64,000 bases of DNA, taken from assembly GCA_951406725.2 (NCBI GenBank), contig OX597821.1:60946001-61010000 (forward strand), given 5' to 3'. The notes under the pieces were generated by a model that saw nothing but the letters and a program-made list of their open reading frames with translations, was not told where the DNA came from and made no database searches. This DNA comes from Octopus vulgaris. Its lineage: Eukaryota. Within the stretch, counting starts at the first letter, position 1; every line of letters begins with the position of its first letter. Of this stretch, positions 14,303 to 28,165 are shown one piece after another. A program made the position numbers and the translations under genes.

Positions 14303-14333
<31 letters not shown>

Positions 14334-14340
14334 TATATGA

Positions 14341-14384
<44 letters not shown>

Positions 14385-14539
14385 ATATATATATGTATAT
14401 ATATGTGCATATATATATATATGTATACATGCATATATGTATATATATACATATTTGCATATATATATATATGTGTATATATGTATATATATATGTGTGT
14501 ATATGTATATAGATATATGTATACACACACAAACACACT

Positions 14540-14599
<60 letters not shown>

Positions 14600-14990
14600 G
14601 ATGGATAGATAGATATGGATGTGTTGGAAATTTCCTGACTTTGGGTAAAAGAATATACAAGATGATCAGTTAATTATGATTTTATTCATCATATTCCCTT
14701 CTCAGATTCACACGCTTATTGCAGCAGTCTCTCAGTTTTTTTAAACCGTGTAAAAGAACTCGGAAGGTTGGGCCTTCAACTAGGTCTTTCACAATACCCT
14801 TAAAGCCCAAGAACTTTAAGCACTCCTTTTATATATACGTTGGGCTTCCACAGAATTTCCGTCTGCCAAATTCTCACGCAATGCATTGGCCAGTTCAGCG
14901 CAATAGAAGAGGATATCTGCACAGTGCGACTGAACCCTGACCTCCAAACTACATGGTTGCGACCCGAGTTTCTTAACCGCACTGCCATGG
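14045..14990 (-). mobile_element. SINE family 2 interrupted by a long (TA)/(CA) microsatellite and a mariner 3' fragment (~14615-14830)
   Basis: SINE tail 14045-14230 and head 14840-14990. Insert translates as LHGLKKLRDCCNKRVNLRREYDE*, like mariner transposase C-termini. Confidence 0.65.
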
Positions 14991-15764
14991 CTACACCTAC
15001 GTGAACGTCGAATGTCTTACGCTATTAAGTATTCAAAAGATAACATGTGGGCCTGATTTATTCCAGAGCTGGAGACGAATTGAAATCATAATTTCTATCT
15101 GTACCTCAGTCTTTACTCTAACACTTAATTTTAGCCCAAAACTAACCATCTTTTCAGAAAAAAAAAATCTCGACCAATCCTCAAACAGACGAATACATGC
15201 TATATTACCAGAAGCGAAAATCCGATTGGCGTTCATTAGAGTTTAACCTATTTTATTCATAAAATTCAGACAAGCATGAAAGAAAAGATTATCTTTAAGC
15301 TTACTTCATTATTTGTAGCTGTGCGGATTATTACAGCTTACTAGAAACTTATTGCATACATATTGAAGCATTAGCAATCCCATGTAATCCTATTTGAGTT
15401 CTTTAGCTGTATTTTCTCATTCTACCTAAAATGGATTCCATTAAAGTCATGGTGAAGTAGCCGCAAGAATTTCTAAAACAAATTAATGATGACTTATATA
15501 TTGATTTGGAACCCATTTTCCTCATATTTAGCCTGATTTAAATTCAGCAGCAATGTGTTCTGTGCAATACGTTACAATCGAACAGTGATTCCTGTGACAT
15601 AAAAACCGTATACATATATTCCGCAAGCAATGCTTTATATATTTTCACATACGAAGAGAGTAGCAATGTAATTGTATACGGACTCTGGTGTGTGTTTGTG
15701 TGTATGTGTATGTGTGTGTACGAGTGCGTGTATACGTCTGTATGATATATATATATATATATAT

Positions 15765-15811
15765 ATATCTTCCGTTTGCTTTAGTCATTACATTGCAGCC
15801 ATGCTGGGCTG

Positions 15812-15861
<50 letters not shown>

Positions 15862-15903
15862 CAGCATGGCTGCAATGTAATGACTAAAGCAAACGGAAGA
15901 TAT
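15765..15903. repeat. Near-perfect palindrome centred on (AT)n
   Basis: ATATCTTCCGTTTGCTTTAGTCATTACATTGCAGCCATGCTG and its exact reverse complement flank GGCTGCA(AT)nTG; the arms resemble the SINE family 2 tail. Confidence 0.9.
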
Positions 15904-16214
15904 TATATATATATATATACATACATACATATATATATATATACACATACATACACACACACACACACACATATATATATATGTATATATATATACATAC
16001 ATACATGCATACATACATGTATACATACACACATACATACATACACACACACACACACATATATATACATACGCATATATTTTTCATCATGTTCTACTCA
16101 TAGATGTTAGCAGTATTATTTGAATCACAAAGTTACATACTCGCCTTTATATTGCGTATACAGAAGAATACTATTATCCGTGTACTGGATGATTATTCTC
16201 AACTGGAATTCGCT

Positions 16215-16560
16215 CATCCTCTTATTTCCCAGTCATTCTGTGTCTGGCTTTCCGCCAGTTACGACGACGACTGTTCCAGCTGATTCGATCAACAGAATAG
16301 CCTGCTCGTGAAATTAATGTGCAAGTGGCCGAGCAGTCCACAAACACGCGTACTCTTAACACGTAGTAGTCCTCGGGGACTTTCAACGTGAAACAGGAAA
16401 CCACGGGCTAGCATTTTTGAATCACAGGTATAACTAATTTTTGCTATATGAATGATAGGAGCAACGTGAAATCAAAGGACAAAAGGTGCTGTCTGAAATC
16501 GAACTTAGAACCTCATAAGCGTAAGCCGAATATTCTAACGGCTAAGCCAGATGCCTTCTC
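16215..16560 (-). mobile_element. SINE family 3, degenerate
   Basis: GAAATTAATGTGCAAGTGGCCGAGCA is the reverse complement of 2960-2985; reverse tRNA-like head at ~16500-16555. Confidence 0.6.
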
Positions 16561-16772
16561 AGTCACTCTGTAATGTGTGCTTTAATAACTATTCTTCAGA
16601 ACTGAAATAAAATTACAGTGCCCTGGTGTGCGGTTAAAGAGATCACTTTGCAATCACATGGTTTCAGGTTCAGTCCTACGGAGCGGCAGCTATAGCTCCA
16701 GGTCGAAGGAATTTCGTAGACAGACTCTTTTAGGAATCCTGTCGAATATGGATACATGCTTATATATAAATA

Positions 16773-17215
16773 CAGGAGTGGCTGTGTGGTAGGACTCTTG
16801 CTTCCCTGCCACATGGTCTCGGGTACAGTCCCACTGCATGGTACCTTGAGCAAATATCTTCTACTTATAGCCTCGGGCCGACCAAAGTCTTGTGAGTGGA
16901 TTTAGTACATGGAAACTGAATGATGCCTGTCGTATATATATATATATATATATATACATATATACACACACATATATGTGCGTGTGTGTGTGTGTGTGCG
17001 TGCGTGTATGTATTTATGTGTCTGTGTTTGTCCCCCACCATCGCTTGACACCCAGTGTTGGTGTGTTTGCGTCCCCGTGGGGTAGCGGTTCGGCAAAAGA
17101 GAACGATGGAATAAGTACTGGGCTTAAAAAAAAGTCCTGGGGCTGATTAATTCGACGAAAGGCGGTGCTTCGGCATAGCCACAGTCGGGTGACTGAAACA
17201 AGCATAAGAGAAAAG
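16773..17215 (+). mobile_element. SINE family 2, near full length
   Basis: Head CAGGAGTGGCTGTGTGGTA, CCTTGAGCAA core, internal (TA)/(TG) microsatellite, tail GACTGAAACAAG. Confidence 0.85.
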
Positions 17216-17298
17216 AATATATATTATGTAGATAGGGCAAAAATTCAAGCTGTGCTCTCTTGAAGCTCATCTGCAGATTCCAGTGTTACAAAGTTGTG

Positions 17299-18535
17299 CA
17301 GGGGTTGGACAACATAATGGAAACACCTAGCATCATAGCTTCATAGTTTTGAAATATCTATAAAAGCGTCAAAAGCTTGTTATTTGTATGTCTTCTGATT
17401 TATTATTAGTGTTGCTTAATATGTTTTGCTAAAATTGCTGTTCCTTTTCAGATATAAAAAAAGGTAATTAAAATTCATTAAAATGACAGATCTACCGGAC
17501 TTTCGCATGGCTGGCGGTAGCGTAACGAAAACAGTAGAAATATTTGGTGTATCAAGAAGTACTGTCTCGAAAGTAATGACAGCCTTTAAGAAAGAGGGAA
17601 AACCTCCTCATCGAAACAAAACTCCGGAAGAAAACCGAAACCTTCAGATTGAAACCGTCGGACTCTTACACGAATTGTTAGAAAAGATCACAAAAGTACA
17701 GCTCCCAAAATTACTGCAGAGTTTATTGACCACCTCGGGGACCCAGTTTTCACGAAAACTGTTCCCTGGGAGCTGCACAAAGCCGGATTTCACAGGAAGG
17801 CTGCAATTATAAAACCAATACTTTCAAAAACAAATATTGCAAAGTGTTTAGAGTGGAGTAAAAACCTACAGAATTGGTCCCTAGAGCAGTGGAAGAATGT
17901 TATTTTCTTGGACGAGTCATCCGTTACCTAATTTCTGACCATCGGCTGAGTATACGTGTGGTGAGAGCCAAAAGAAACATTTGACACAGACTGCCTTCTT
18001 ACAACTGTTAAACATGGAGGAGGATGTTTGATGATCTGGGGGGCTATATCTAGGAAATCTGCCAGCCCAATGGTTTCCCTTTATAGCAGAATTAATAGTC
18101 AAGACTAAGCATTTTATCTGATCAAATTCATCCTATGGTTTCAGAACTGCTTCCGGGGGGAAACGCAATCTTTCAGGATGATAATACACAAATTCACACA
18201 GCTAAAGATGTTACTGAATGGTACCAGGAACATTCTAGTGAAGTTGAGCATCTTATCTGGTCACAGTCCTCAGATCTCAATATTATTGAACATTTTATGG
18301 TGCATTTTAGTAAAACAAGTAAGGAGTCGATATCCTCTACCATCATCACTACAAGAACTGGAGACTGTTTTAGCTGAAGAATGGACAAAAATTCCTTTGG
18401 AAACAATTCAAACTTTGTACGAGTCCATATCTCGTAGAATTCAAGCTGTAATTACTGCCAAAGGCGGTCCTACCCTATATTAATATAAATTTGCTTGAAA
18501 TTTTAAGGTGTTTCTATTATTTTGTCCAACCCCTA
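17299..18535 (+). mobile_element. Tc1-like transposon, full length with decayed DDE transposase (17483-18483)
   Basis: ~30-bp TIRs CAGGGGTTGGACAACATAATGGAAACACCT / AGGTGTTTCTATTATTTTGTCCAACCCCTA with 3' TA. HTH FGVSRSTVSKV; catalytic motifs LDES, FQDDN, SSDLNIIEH; C-terminal RRIQAVITAKGG; frameshifts. Confidence 0.93.
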
Positions 18536-18734
18536 TATGTAGATGTCATATTTGTGTGAGGTATGCATAAGAGTTGAAAAATACTGGAAAAGATATTTTG
18601 CAGAGTAATTAGATATCAAACCAGGAAACTGGCAAAAAAATATATCGTATTATTTATTCACCATTACATATGTGTCATATGGTAGTAGGAGGTACAGAAA
18701 TTGTACATGTAGGAGAAACATGTAAGACATATTT

Positions 18735-18965
18735 TACTCTTTTACTTGTTTCAGTCATTTGACTGTGGGCATGCTGGAGCACCGCCTTTTGTCGAGCAAA
18801 TCGACCCCAGGACTTATCCTTTGTAAGCTTAGTACTTATTCTATCGGTCTATTTTGCCGAACCGCTAAGTTATGGGGACGTATAGACACCAGCATCGGTT
18901 GTCAAGCAATGTTAAGAGGACAAACACACACACACAAACATATACACACATACACACCTACACAC

Positions 18966-19020
<55 letters not shown>

Positions 19021-19125
19021 CACATATATACATATATACGACGGGCATCTTTCAGTTTCCGTCTTCCAAATCTACTCACAAGGCTTTGGTCGGCCCGAGA
19101 CTATAGTAGAAGACACTTGCCCAAG
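18735..19125 (-). mobile_element. SINE family 2, 5'-truncated
   Basis: Reverse complement of the 16773-17215 family. Confidence 0.85.
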
Positions 19126-20829
19126 ACTTATTCAAGACAGAGAATCAAATAATATTTGATTTTCTGTATGATTAATTTCTAATACAAGTCTTACACGTTT
19201 CCCTACATATACGTTTTCTACCTCCTACTAGTAAATGTAATGCTGGATAAATAATACCGAAATGTTTTCCAGTCTTATATCTTGATACGTACATACACAC
19301 ATACACACACATAAGCACACACGCACATGCATACAGACATATACGTGGGTGTCTAAGCAGATAAACAACAAAAAGAGCACGAAATGACACAGCAACAGCT
19401 ACTGGAATAGCAGGTATAAATTGTGCAAGGTCTACAACCATGGGAACAGTATTGCACTGATAAATTCCTCAAATATGCCATACTAGAAAAAGGAACAAGG
19501 AGTTGGCAGCGTTTGTAGAAATAGACACGGACGAAATATTTAAGACGATTAATTTGAAGTGTTCTCTGTCATAAACGTATCAAACGGGAGACATCTGGTG
19601 AGAAGTACATCAGTCCTGAAAATGATTGCCTCAAGGGCATATTTTTGTTTAGTTTTTTTCTTTCTAACAAACCTTTATAAGAATAGGCTGTATAAATGCA
19701 CATGACCTATTGACGGTTTTTAAGCAGTGCTTCTTAAGCATCTTCGGTTCCCACGTGAATATGTCATAGCTATAAGCTAGCCAATGCCAGTAGCGCACAA
19801 TCACCCACCTTGTGTCCAGTTATGTCGTTTACGATTCTTTCGACCGATCCTTTTGGAGTGGAGTAGAAGTATTACATAGGAAAGAGATAGATTTAGAGGC
19901 AAATGCTATTCTCCTTCACTCGGATGACATGTCCGAGGACCTAGACGTTAACAGCAGTTATGGTGGCAGTAGTGATTTATAAGTTAGTAACACGTTAGGC
20001 ATCGGCAAAATGTTTCGTAATATTTGAACGTCTAGATGAGTTTGAACGTCGGCATGAAAACGAGATATAAGTTTGCAAATATTGCAAGTTCAGAAGTAGC
20101 GTGAAAATAGGTTGGCCATAGTGCTGGTGGCATTGGTCTCAACAATGTAAACACATACCCAATTATTTTCAAACATGAAAGCAGAATTAGACGGAGAAAC
20201 AATGTAAAAATTAAACAGACGAACAGAGCTTCAAGCATAAACACTTGTAGTTGTACAATTCAAAATACAAAATAAATTGATATTGAAAACATTAATTTGA
20301 GTGGAATAAGCAGCATAAAGAGTACGAAACAACACAGCTAATACTACTACCACCACCACAACACCACCGTCATTACCATCACCATTACGATGGCGACGAT
20401 GACGATGACCACCACGACCACGATCACGACCACCACGTCCACCACCACAACGACCACTGCAACCACTAGACCACAACCACTACGAGGACTACCTCTATGA
20501 CGACCACCATTACGCACATCCTTTCACGTCCTTCTCTGTTGTAGTTAATAGGGAAACAAATGTCAAACGTAAACGAAACAGGATTTAAAGTGGGCCCTGG
20601 CTGACTTGTGACAGGATGTGTGCCATCATGAAGTGTGCTTTCATGAACGGAATAGGCGACATGGAAGCGTTTGATTTGTCTTTCAGATTGATAAACAGAT
20701 GAAGAGGCAGTTAATGCACCACACGCTTACTCACTGCCTAATGCCGCAGTCTATAGATCGTAGGAATAAAAGCTGCAATCTTCATATTTCCCATAACAAT
20801 TCATCATAGCTGTTCATTTTTTTCCCTCT

Positions 20830-21560
20830 TTCTCTTCGATCCTATTGTCAGCAGGACATGCTAGGTCGATTATCAGACATGATTTATCTTTTCTATTCCC
20901 CACAACACTGTCAGATTTCTGATGTCTAATCTGATGATTACTCTGAGCATCCCACAGGATTTTGCAATTTTCAATCCCAGTAACGTACTCTGGGATTTGA
21001 TCATACCACGCCTTTGATCTTACTAGGGCGAAATTTCTAGAGTTCCCAATGGATTATTTTTGCAAAAAACACGACAATGCCTTTCGTATTCGCATTGTGC
21101 CAATTCCTGGCATTCATTAACAAAGTGTCATACTGTTTCAATCCTTTCACCACACATTCTGCGTTTGTCGTTCTCAGTTATCAAATCTGCCTTTCGCATA
21201 GCTTGTTCTCAATGCTGGTTCTTGTGCCGCGACTAAAAGTGTTTTCATTTATATCGTCAGGTCATTCTTCCGCCTCCATAACCACCAGTCTTCTTTATCT
21301 GTCTTGAAACTCGTATCTCATGTAAACTACATTTTTCTTTTTCCATGTCATTTTTTTGTTTTTTTTTGTTCTTTTTTCTTCTTTAAATTTCCCTTAACAA
21401 AATTATTTTTTGCGATAATGCCAGACTTCTTCAAATGTATCAGCACCGGTTCACCGTATTTTTTACATACCACCCTAAACTGTTTTCTTCTGCTTCGACT
21501 CAATCCTAACAACAAATGAATCCTCTCCCACTGTATGATTCCAGCTTCATATCGAAGTAA
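20830..21560 (-). mobile_element. Old R4/Dong-like LINE remnant
   Basis: Minus-strand KILWD-type and HN-type remnants of the RLE region; heavily decayed. Confidence 0.45.
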
Positions 21561-21669
21561 TATTATCACCCTTGTATTTACTGGTTGGATTTTATTCATC
21601 TAGTAAATTTTGTAATAATAATTTATAATCAAAATTTGTAATAATCATTTTGTAATAATAATTTCGGTA

Positions 21670-22062
21670 ATAAACTCGTGGAATCCTAAAGTGGACAGAG
21701 GAAGAGCTAGATGAAATGGACAGGAAGTCAAAAAAGTTCCTAACGACGAATGTAACTCATTACCCACGTGGAGATACTGATCGCCTATACATGAATCGAG
21801 CAAATAGAGGAAGGGGACTAATTAGTGTGGAAGAGTGCATGCGTGTCGAACTCGAGAGTGTAATGAGATACCTAGTGACATTTGGGAACGAGGGAGTATT
21901 GAGAGCAGAGAAAGAGGGAAAACAAAAGAAGAAGGGCAAAAAGGGCATGAAGAAGAATTACGCTAGGAGGAACTACACAATCAATTCCATGTATCCACAA
22001 CAAAAGTTACTGGAAACAATAGGCGGGAATGGCTGAAAAAAGGAACACTAAAAGAGAGACAA
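21670..22062 (+). mobile_element. R4/Dong-like LINE fragment
   Basis: EELDEMDRKSKKFLT...HYPRGDTDRLYMNRANRGRGLISVEEC matches the HPKSDxxRLYxxRxxGGRGL motif. Confidence 0.75.
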
Positions 22063-22094
22063 TTCTTATTATTATTATCATTATTATTATTATT

Positions 22095-23012
22095 CAGTAG
22101 TTTTATTTTTATAGCGTGCTTTCACTTCACTACCGAGCGCAGCTCTGTGTGCCTTAGGTATGTGCTGTGATTTGTTGTGATGCTCTGATGGTTATTGTAT
22201 AGAAAGTGTTCTGCCTAGTAGTGCAATTTTCTGTATGTTATATGTGTTTGTAAGTCCTGGTGTTTTTGTTATGTTTTTGTCTGAATATTTTTTATCATGC
22301 CTAATGCACCTACTATGATAGGAATTGTTTCTGTTTTTAGATTCCACATTCTGGTTACCTCTATTTCCAGGTCTTTGTATTTTGAAAGTTTCTCCATTTC
22401 TTTTAGAGACACGTTGTCAACTGCCGGTATTGATACATCAATTAGAAGGCATTTTTTTCTTCATGATCTCTGACAACTATATCTGGTCTGTTGGCCTTAA
22501 TTTCTCTATCTGTGTGTATCGGCATATCCCAGAGTATGGTTGCTTTCTCGTTTTCTGTGACCTTTTCTGGTGTGTGCCTATACCATCTTTTTTCTGTTGT
22601 TATTCCATAATGTTGGCATAGCTTCCAGTGTATGTAGGTTCCAACTCTGCCATGTCTGTGAATATATTCCTTCTTAGCCAGGACTGGGCAGCCAGAGATA
22701 ATATGATTTATTGTTTCTTGTCCATCTCCACATACTCTGCAGTTACTTGCTATATCTCTTTTCATTACATGTTTTTGGTAATTTCTGGTGGGGAGGCTTT
22801 GGTCTTGTGCTGCAATTAAAAATCCCTCTGTCTCTGCTTTGAGTCCTGAGCTTCTCAATCATTGCTGGGATTTTTCTTTGTCTATTTCTTTTGCGTTTAG
22901 TTTAGTCCATTATTTACCATGAATGGGCTTTTCTTGCCATCGCTTCATGGTTCGTTGCTGTTCTATTTTTAGTTTGGATTTCATTTGTTTTATAGCTTTT
23001 GTTATTTCTTCA

Positions 23013-23044
<32 letters not shown>

Positions 23045-26031
23045 TTCTTCTTCTTCTTCTTCTTCTTCTTCTTCTTCTTCTTCTTCTTCTTCTTCTTCTT
23101 CTTCTTCTTCTTCTTCTTCATATTTATTAGGTGGTATGATTTCTTGTTTGTATTTGTCAGCTTCCTTAAATACTGAGAACAGTTTTTTGTTTTGCTCGTG
23201 TTTTGCCGCTATTTGTATCGGTTTTCCTTCCTTCTGAAGTAGATATGTTTGCAGTCCTTTGGTAGTTATTTTATAGTAGTTTTCCAGCTGTATAAGGTCT
23301 CTACCACCTTCTATACGTTGTATATATAGTCTTTCTATGTCAGATTTTGAGTGATGCATCCTAGATCCTGTCATTATTTTTTCTTGTTTTCCTATCTATT
23401 TTGGTCAGTTCATTTAGTGTCCAGTTAAGGATATTGTAGCTGTAACTTATAACTGGGACAGTTAAAGTGTTGATACCTATTATCTTGTTTTTAGCATTGA
23501 GCTCTGTTTTTAGTATTGATCTAACTCGTCTATAATATTCTTTTTTTATTTTCTCTTTCATTTGTGTGTGTTGTGTCTTATCTAGTTCATGGATTCCTAA
23601 GTATTTGTAAGTTTGGCTTTGGTCTAATTCTTTTATTTCATTGGTTTTATCTAGTGTGATGTTACTACTCTTAACTAGTTTTCCTCTTTTCATGGTTACT
23701 TTGGGGCATTTTTCTAATCCAAATTTCATATCTATTTCTTTGGTAAATCCATGAACTGTCTTTAATAGTGTTTCCAGCTGTTTGTCATTTGCAGCGTATA
23801 GTTTTAGGTCATCCATATATAAAAGGTGGCTAATCGTTTTGCCGTAACCTTTATATCCGCATCCAGTTCTATTTAGCATATCAGATAGAGGTGACAGTGC
23901 CAAGCAGAAAAGGAGTGGAGAGAGCGTGTCTCCCTGGAATATTCCTCTTCTAATGGGGATGGCTTTGGTTTTCATGAGTCCCTCTTTTGTTTGGAGCTGT
24001 AGCACTGTTTGCCATTTATAATTGTTGGTGCTACTTTGTTAATGGCTAGTGTTTCGAGGATCCATGTGTGGGGGATGCTATCAAACGCCTTTTTGTAGTC
24101 GATCCAGGCCATACTGAGGCATTTCTTCTTTCTGTGGCTGTCTTCAGTTATGGCTTTATTAATCAGTAGTTGATCTTTACAGCCATATGAGCCTTTGCGG
24201 CATCCTTTCTGCTCTTCTGGAAACAGTTTGTTTTCGTTCAGGTGCTTGTTCAACCTTTGCGATATCACTGCAGTAAATGCCTTGTACAGTGTAGGGAGAC
24301 AGGTTATTGGTCTGTAGTTTTCTGGTTTTGCTGTCTCATTTGATTTGGGAATTAAGATGGTTTTCCCCTTCGTGAGCCATTCAGGCATTGTCTCTGGCTC
24401 TGCTAGTATGTTGTTAAAGTTTTCAGCCAGCTTTTTGTGCATTCCTGTTAGATATTTCAACCAGAAGTTAGGGATCTTGTCATGCCCAGGTGCCTTCCAG
24501 TTGCTTAGTCTTTGCAGTGCCTGGGTGACCTCTTCAGTTGTTATGGGGGTCCAAAGTTGCTCAGATGCTGAGTTTGTTGTTTTAATACTCCTTTTTTTGG
24601 TTGTTTGTTCGCCGATCATATTTCTCTCCAGAATTCTTCCACTTCTTCTGCCGTTGGTGCTGCAGTGATTTCTATTTTATTTTTGCCAAGTTCTTGGTAG
24701 AACTTTTTGGGGTTGGAGTTGAACTTTTTGTTTTGTTCAAAGAAGCGCTGGCGTTTCTCGTACCTGCAGATCCTTTGTGCTTTGGCAAGGATATATTGTT
24801 TCAGCTTTTCTTTTATCTCAGGTAAATCTTTTTCTGTGATGTTATATTTTCGGAGTATTTTTGTTTTCTTTTTGTTGCTCAGTAGCGTTGATTGTCTACT
24901 GATTTCATTAAGAATCGACTGATTTTTTCTCATTTTTTGTATTTTGTTTTGGATGTTATTTATCCACAGAGTTTGTTTGGGTGGTGGTACTCCTGTTTGG
25001 ATGGGTTTGAGTGAGTATCCAGCTTCTTTTGTGGCTGCAGTGGCTGCTGCATATACTAAGTCATTTAGCTCAGTGATATCACTTTTTGTTTCAGTGGTTA
25101 TTAGTTCCGTGACAGCTAGGTTTATGCTGTTTATAATTGGTGTTGTTGTTTCGTCTATTTTGATTTTTGTGAGGTATGGTCGGTGGTCCAATTTGAGCTC
25201 TGTGGTTTTCAGTTCTTTGATTATTTTACTTTTTATATTATCATAAGCATTAGGCTCCCCTTCGTTGTTTCCAGATTTTAGATTTGTGTCGCTTTCTTTC
25301 TTATTTATATGTTTGTTTGCCGTGTTTTGGCTTGTTGTTTGTCGTGTATTATTATGCATCCTTACGGTCTGGGTTTGTTGTTTTTTTTGTTTACATCGTG
25401 TTTGTTGGGAATGTTACGTTTGTCTTCGTGTTTTACTGTTTCAGTGTTTATATTATTGGGCATTGTTGTGTGGCTTCTATCTACATTTTCCTGGTTTAGT
25501 TTTTCTTTTAGATGTTCTATTTCTATTTCTGATATATTTTGTTTTGCATTGAGAATGTATCTTCGTACGTTAGCTAGTTTAGTAGGGTTCATTGCTGTAT
25601 TAAAGTCTATATTTATGTTATTTTCCTTCCATATTTTATATGTATGTGTTGTTGTGTTTTCATTTTTGGGGTAGAGCACTGCTGTGAAGTATGCGTGTAG
25701 GATAGAAATGTATTCCTCACGTGTCCATTTATGTCTTTTGGGTTTTATTTGCGGGACATGTGGAACAACGTCCGGCCCATTATTTTGACGGTCGTCATTT
25801 TCGTAGGGTACCAGTCCGTTCATTTCTGTTGTCACGTTGTTTTGCACGTGTGGTTTTTCGTACATTTTGTGTTGTAAGTTTAATATACGTACCTCCCGAT
25901 TGTTATTCTTGGGTTGAATAATATCGGTGGTATTTAATTTCTTCGTAGTTCCTTTGTACATGGTGTTTGGGGTCGGGGATGATCTGGTGTTGATTGATCG
26001 TAATGTTCCACGCATGTTTACATGTGTTGCG

Positions 26032-26093
<62 letters not shown>

Positions 26094-26230
26094 GTTGTTG
26101 TTGTTGTTGTTGTTTTACTCATTAGAGCGCTCGGTCCTGTTTGCCTCCGGTAGATTCTGTGAGAGCGGACAGCAGCTTGTTGTCAGAGGTCTCACAGGGT
26201 CTCTTTCCGCACATTTTAAGCTTTGATAAT
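22095..26230 (-). mobile_element. Near full-length R4/Dong-like non-LTR retrotransposon (single ORF, RT + CCHC + restriction-like endonuclease), frameshifted
   Basis: RT motifs NWKAPGHD, NYRPITCL, WIDYKKAFDSIPH, GIFQGDTLSPLLF, HLLYMDDLKL. CRVC...HIISGC zinc knuckle, RH, RPDIV, IIVGALG. ORF broken into 6 or more pieces; 3' end abuts (AAT)n. Confidence 0.95.
23010..23118 (-). repeat. (GAA)n in-frame poly-Glu expansion inside the LINE ORF
   Basis: ~35 GAA units between KY and DEEITK. Confidence 0.95.
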
Positions 26231-26483
26231 TAGTTGTTAATCATCATTTGATACCTGGTTGTTATTATCGTTGTTGTTGTTATTATTATTGGATCGTCTC
26301 ATCAGAAGAATCGCCAAAGCATTGACCAAATACCTTGCGATATTTATGCGCGTGTTTGTTATTGAAATATCGGCGGTGCCTACTGTGGTGGGTGATGAAT
26401 CATACTTCAGTTTAGTACGGATTTTACGAAGTTGTCGACAATATTCCTTCCGAAAATGTATGGCTTTGAACCCATTAATAAAA

Positions 26484-26711
26484 TAACCACCACCACCATG
26501 ACAACCACCACCACGACGACCACGACCACCACCACGACGACAACGATGACGACGACGACGACGAACACCACCACCACTACCACCACCACCGCCACCGCTG
26601 CCACCAGCAACACTAGCACCACCACTAGGATCATCATCCTCATCGTCATCGTCATCATCGTCATCGTCATCATCGTTGCCGTCTTCGCCACCGTTGTCGT
26701 CGTCGTCATTG

Positions 26712-26744
<33 letters not shown>

Positions 26745-28165
26745 CCATCATCATGATAATCATCATCATCAGCATCGTTACTATTATCGTTGCAGTGTTC
26801 TGGTTATTGTAGACATATTCAGATCTGAGGCCATTAGTACATAATTGAAAGATGGTCCAGATTGTGATTATAAACATGTAAAATAAAAAAAAAGAACGAG
26901 AAACCCCCCCCCCCCAAAAAAAAAGAGAAGATAGATATTATTTTCGGCAGAATATTGTCGCGTCCAAATCAGATCCATCTTCTGCAGCTCATATAAAGAA
27001 TGTTTACAATGAATATTTGGGATGTGCTGCATCAATCTATCAAGCATCCACTCCACCTCAACGCTACATTACTTCCGATATCTCCGTGTTACTGTTTTAG
27101 CGAGTGGATTCCACATCAGTGATATATCTATCTCCCTGTCATAATATTTCGTAAACCTTTCAATCTTCTTTTTAGATTACCACATCGGTAATCCTACAAG
27201 ATTTGGATATTATGTTTTACGACATCTCAGGAATTTCGCTGTTATATCTTTGACTGCACATGCGCTTCCATATCTTCCTCCCACGTCTGGTGGTGATGGT
27301 GGCGGCGGTGGTAGTGGTAGTGGTTGTGGATGTGGTGGTGGTCGTCGTCGTTGTTATTGTTGTAGTTGTCGTTGTCGTCATCGTCATCACCATCATCCTC
27401 GTTGCCGTCGTCATCATAGACACGATCATCATCAACACCACCACCACCATCATCATGATCATCATCATCATCGCCAGTAAAACTATCCCTTACCACCTCC
27501 ACCATCACCAGCGCTACCACCACCACCACCACCATCTCCAGTACCAACACCATCACCAACACCATACACCACCATCACCATTACCATAATCTTTATGGAG
27601 AGGATCACCACTACTCCGAAGCTCTCATTACCATCATCATCGTCACCATCACTACCGTCATCATCATTATTACCACCGTCACCATCATCATCATCGTCAA
27701 CACCATCATCAACAATATAATTACCCTCACCATCATCTTCATGATGATGATAACCACAATTCCCCTCGCACCGCACTACTACCATCATAATAATCATCGG
27801 CACTACCTCCACCACCAATATCAAATCCAGCACCACCGCTACCACCAATCCACCACCACTATCACTACCACCTCCATCACTAAAATCAAAACCACCACCA
27901 CCCCAGTAACACCATCACCCCAGCAACACCACCACCTCAGCAACACCCTCCACCCCAGCAACACCATCACCCCAGCAGCACCACCACCCCAGCAACACCC
28001 CCACCCCAGCAACACCGCCACCCCAGCAACAACCCCACCCCAGCAACACCACCACCCAAGCAACACCACCACCACTCCACAACCACCACCACCACCACTA
28101 CCACACCACCCCTACTACACCACTCCCACCCCACCACCACAACCACCACCACCACCACCATCATT
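26484..28165. repeat. Compound trinucleotide low-complexity zone (CAC/CAT/GAC) with a CACCCCAGCAACAC-type minisatellite; LINE remnant at ~26940-27200
   Basis: Direct reading; the ORFs here are poly-T/I/V/H/P artefacts. Confidence 0.9.

Noticed and set aside
14132-14673. Long YI/CV/HT-rich ORFs here and throughout the window
   Set aside because: Translations of (TA)n/(CA)n microsatellites.
24345-26226. Plus-strand ORFs over the LINE
   Set aside because: Antisense shadows of the minus-strand retrotransposon ORF.
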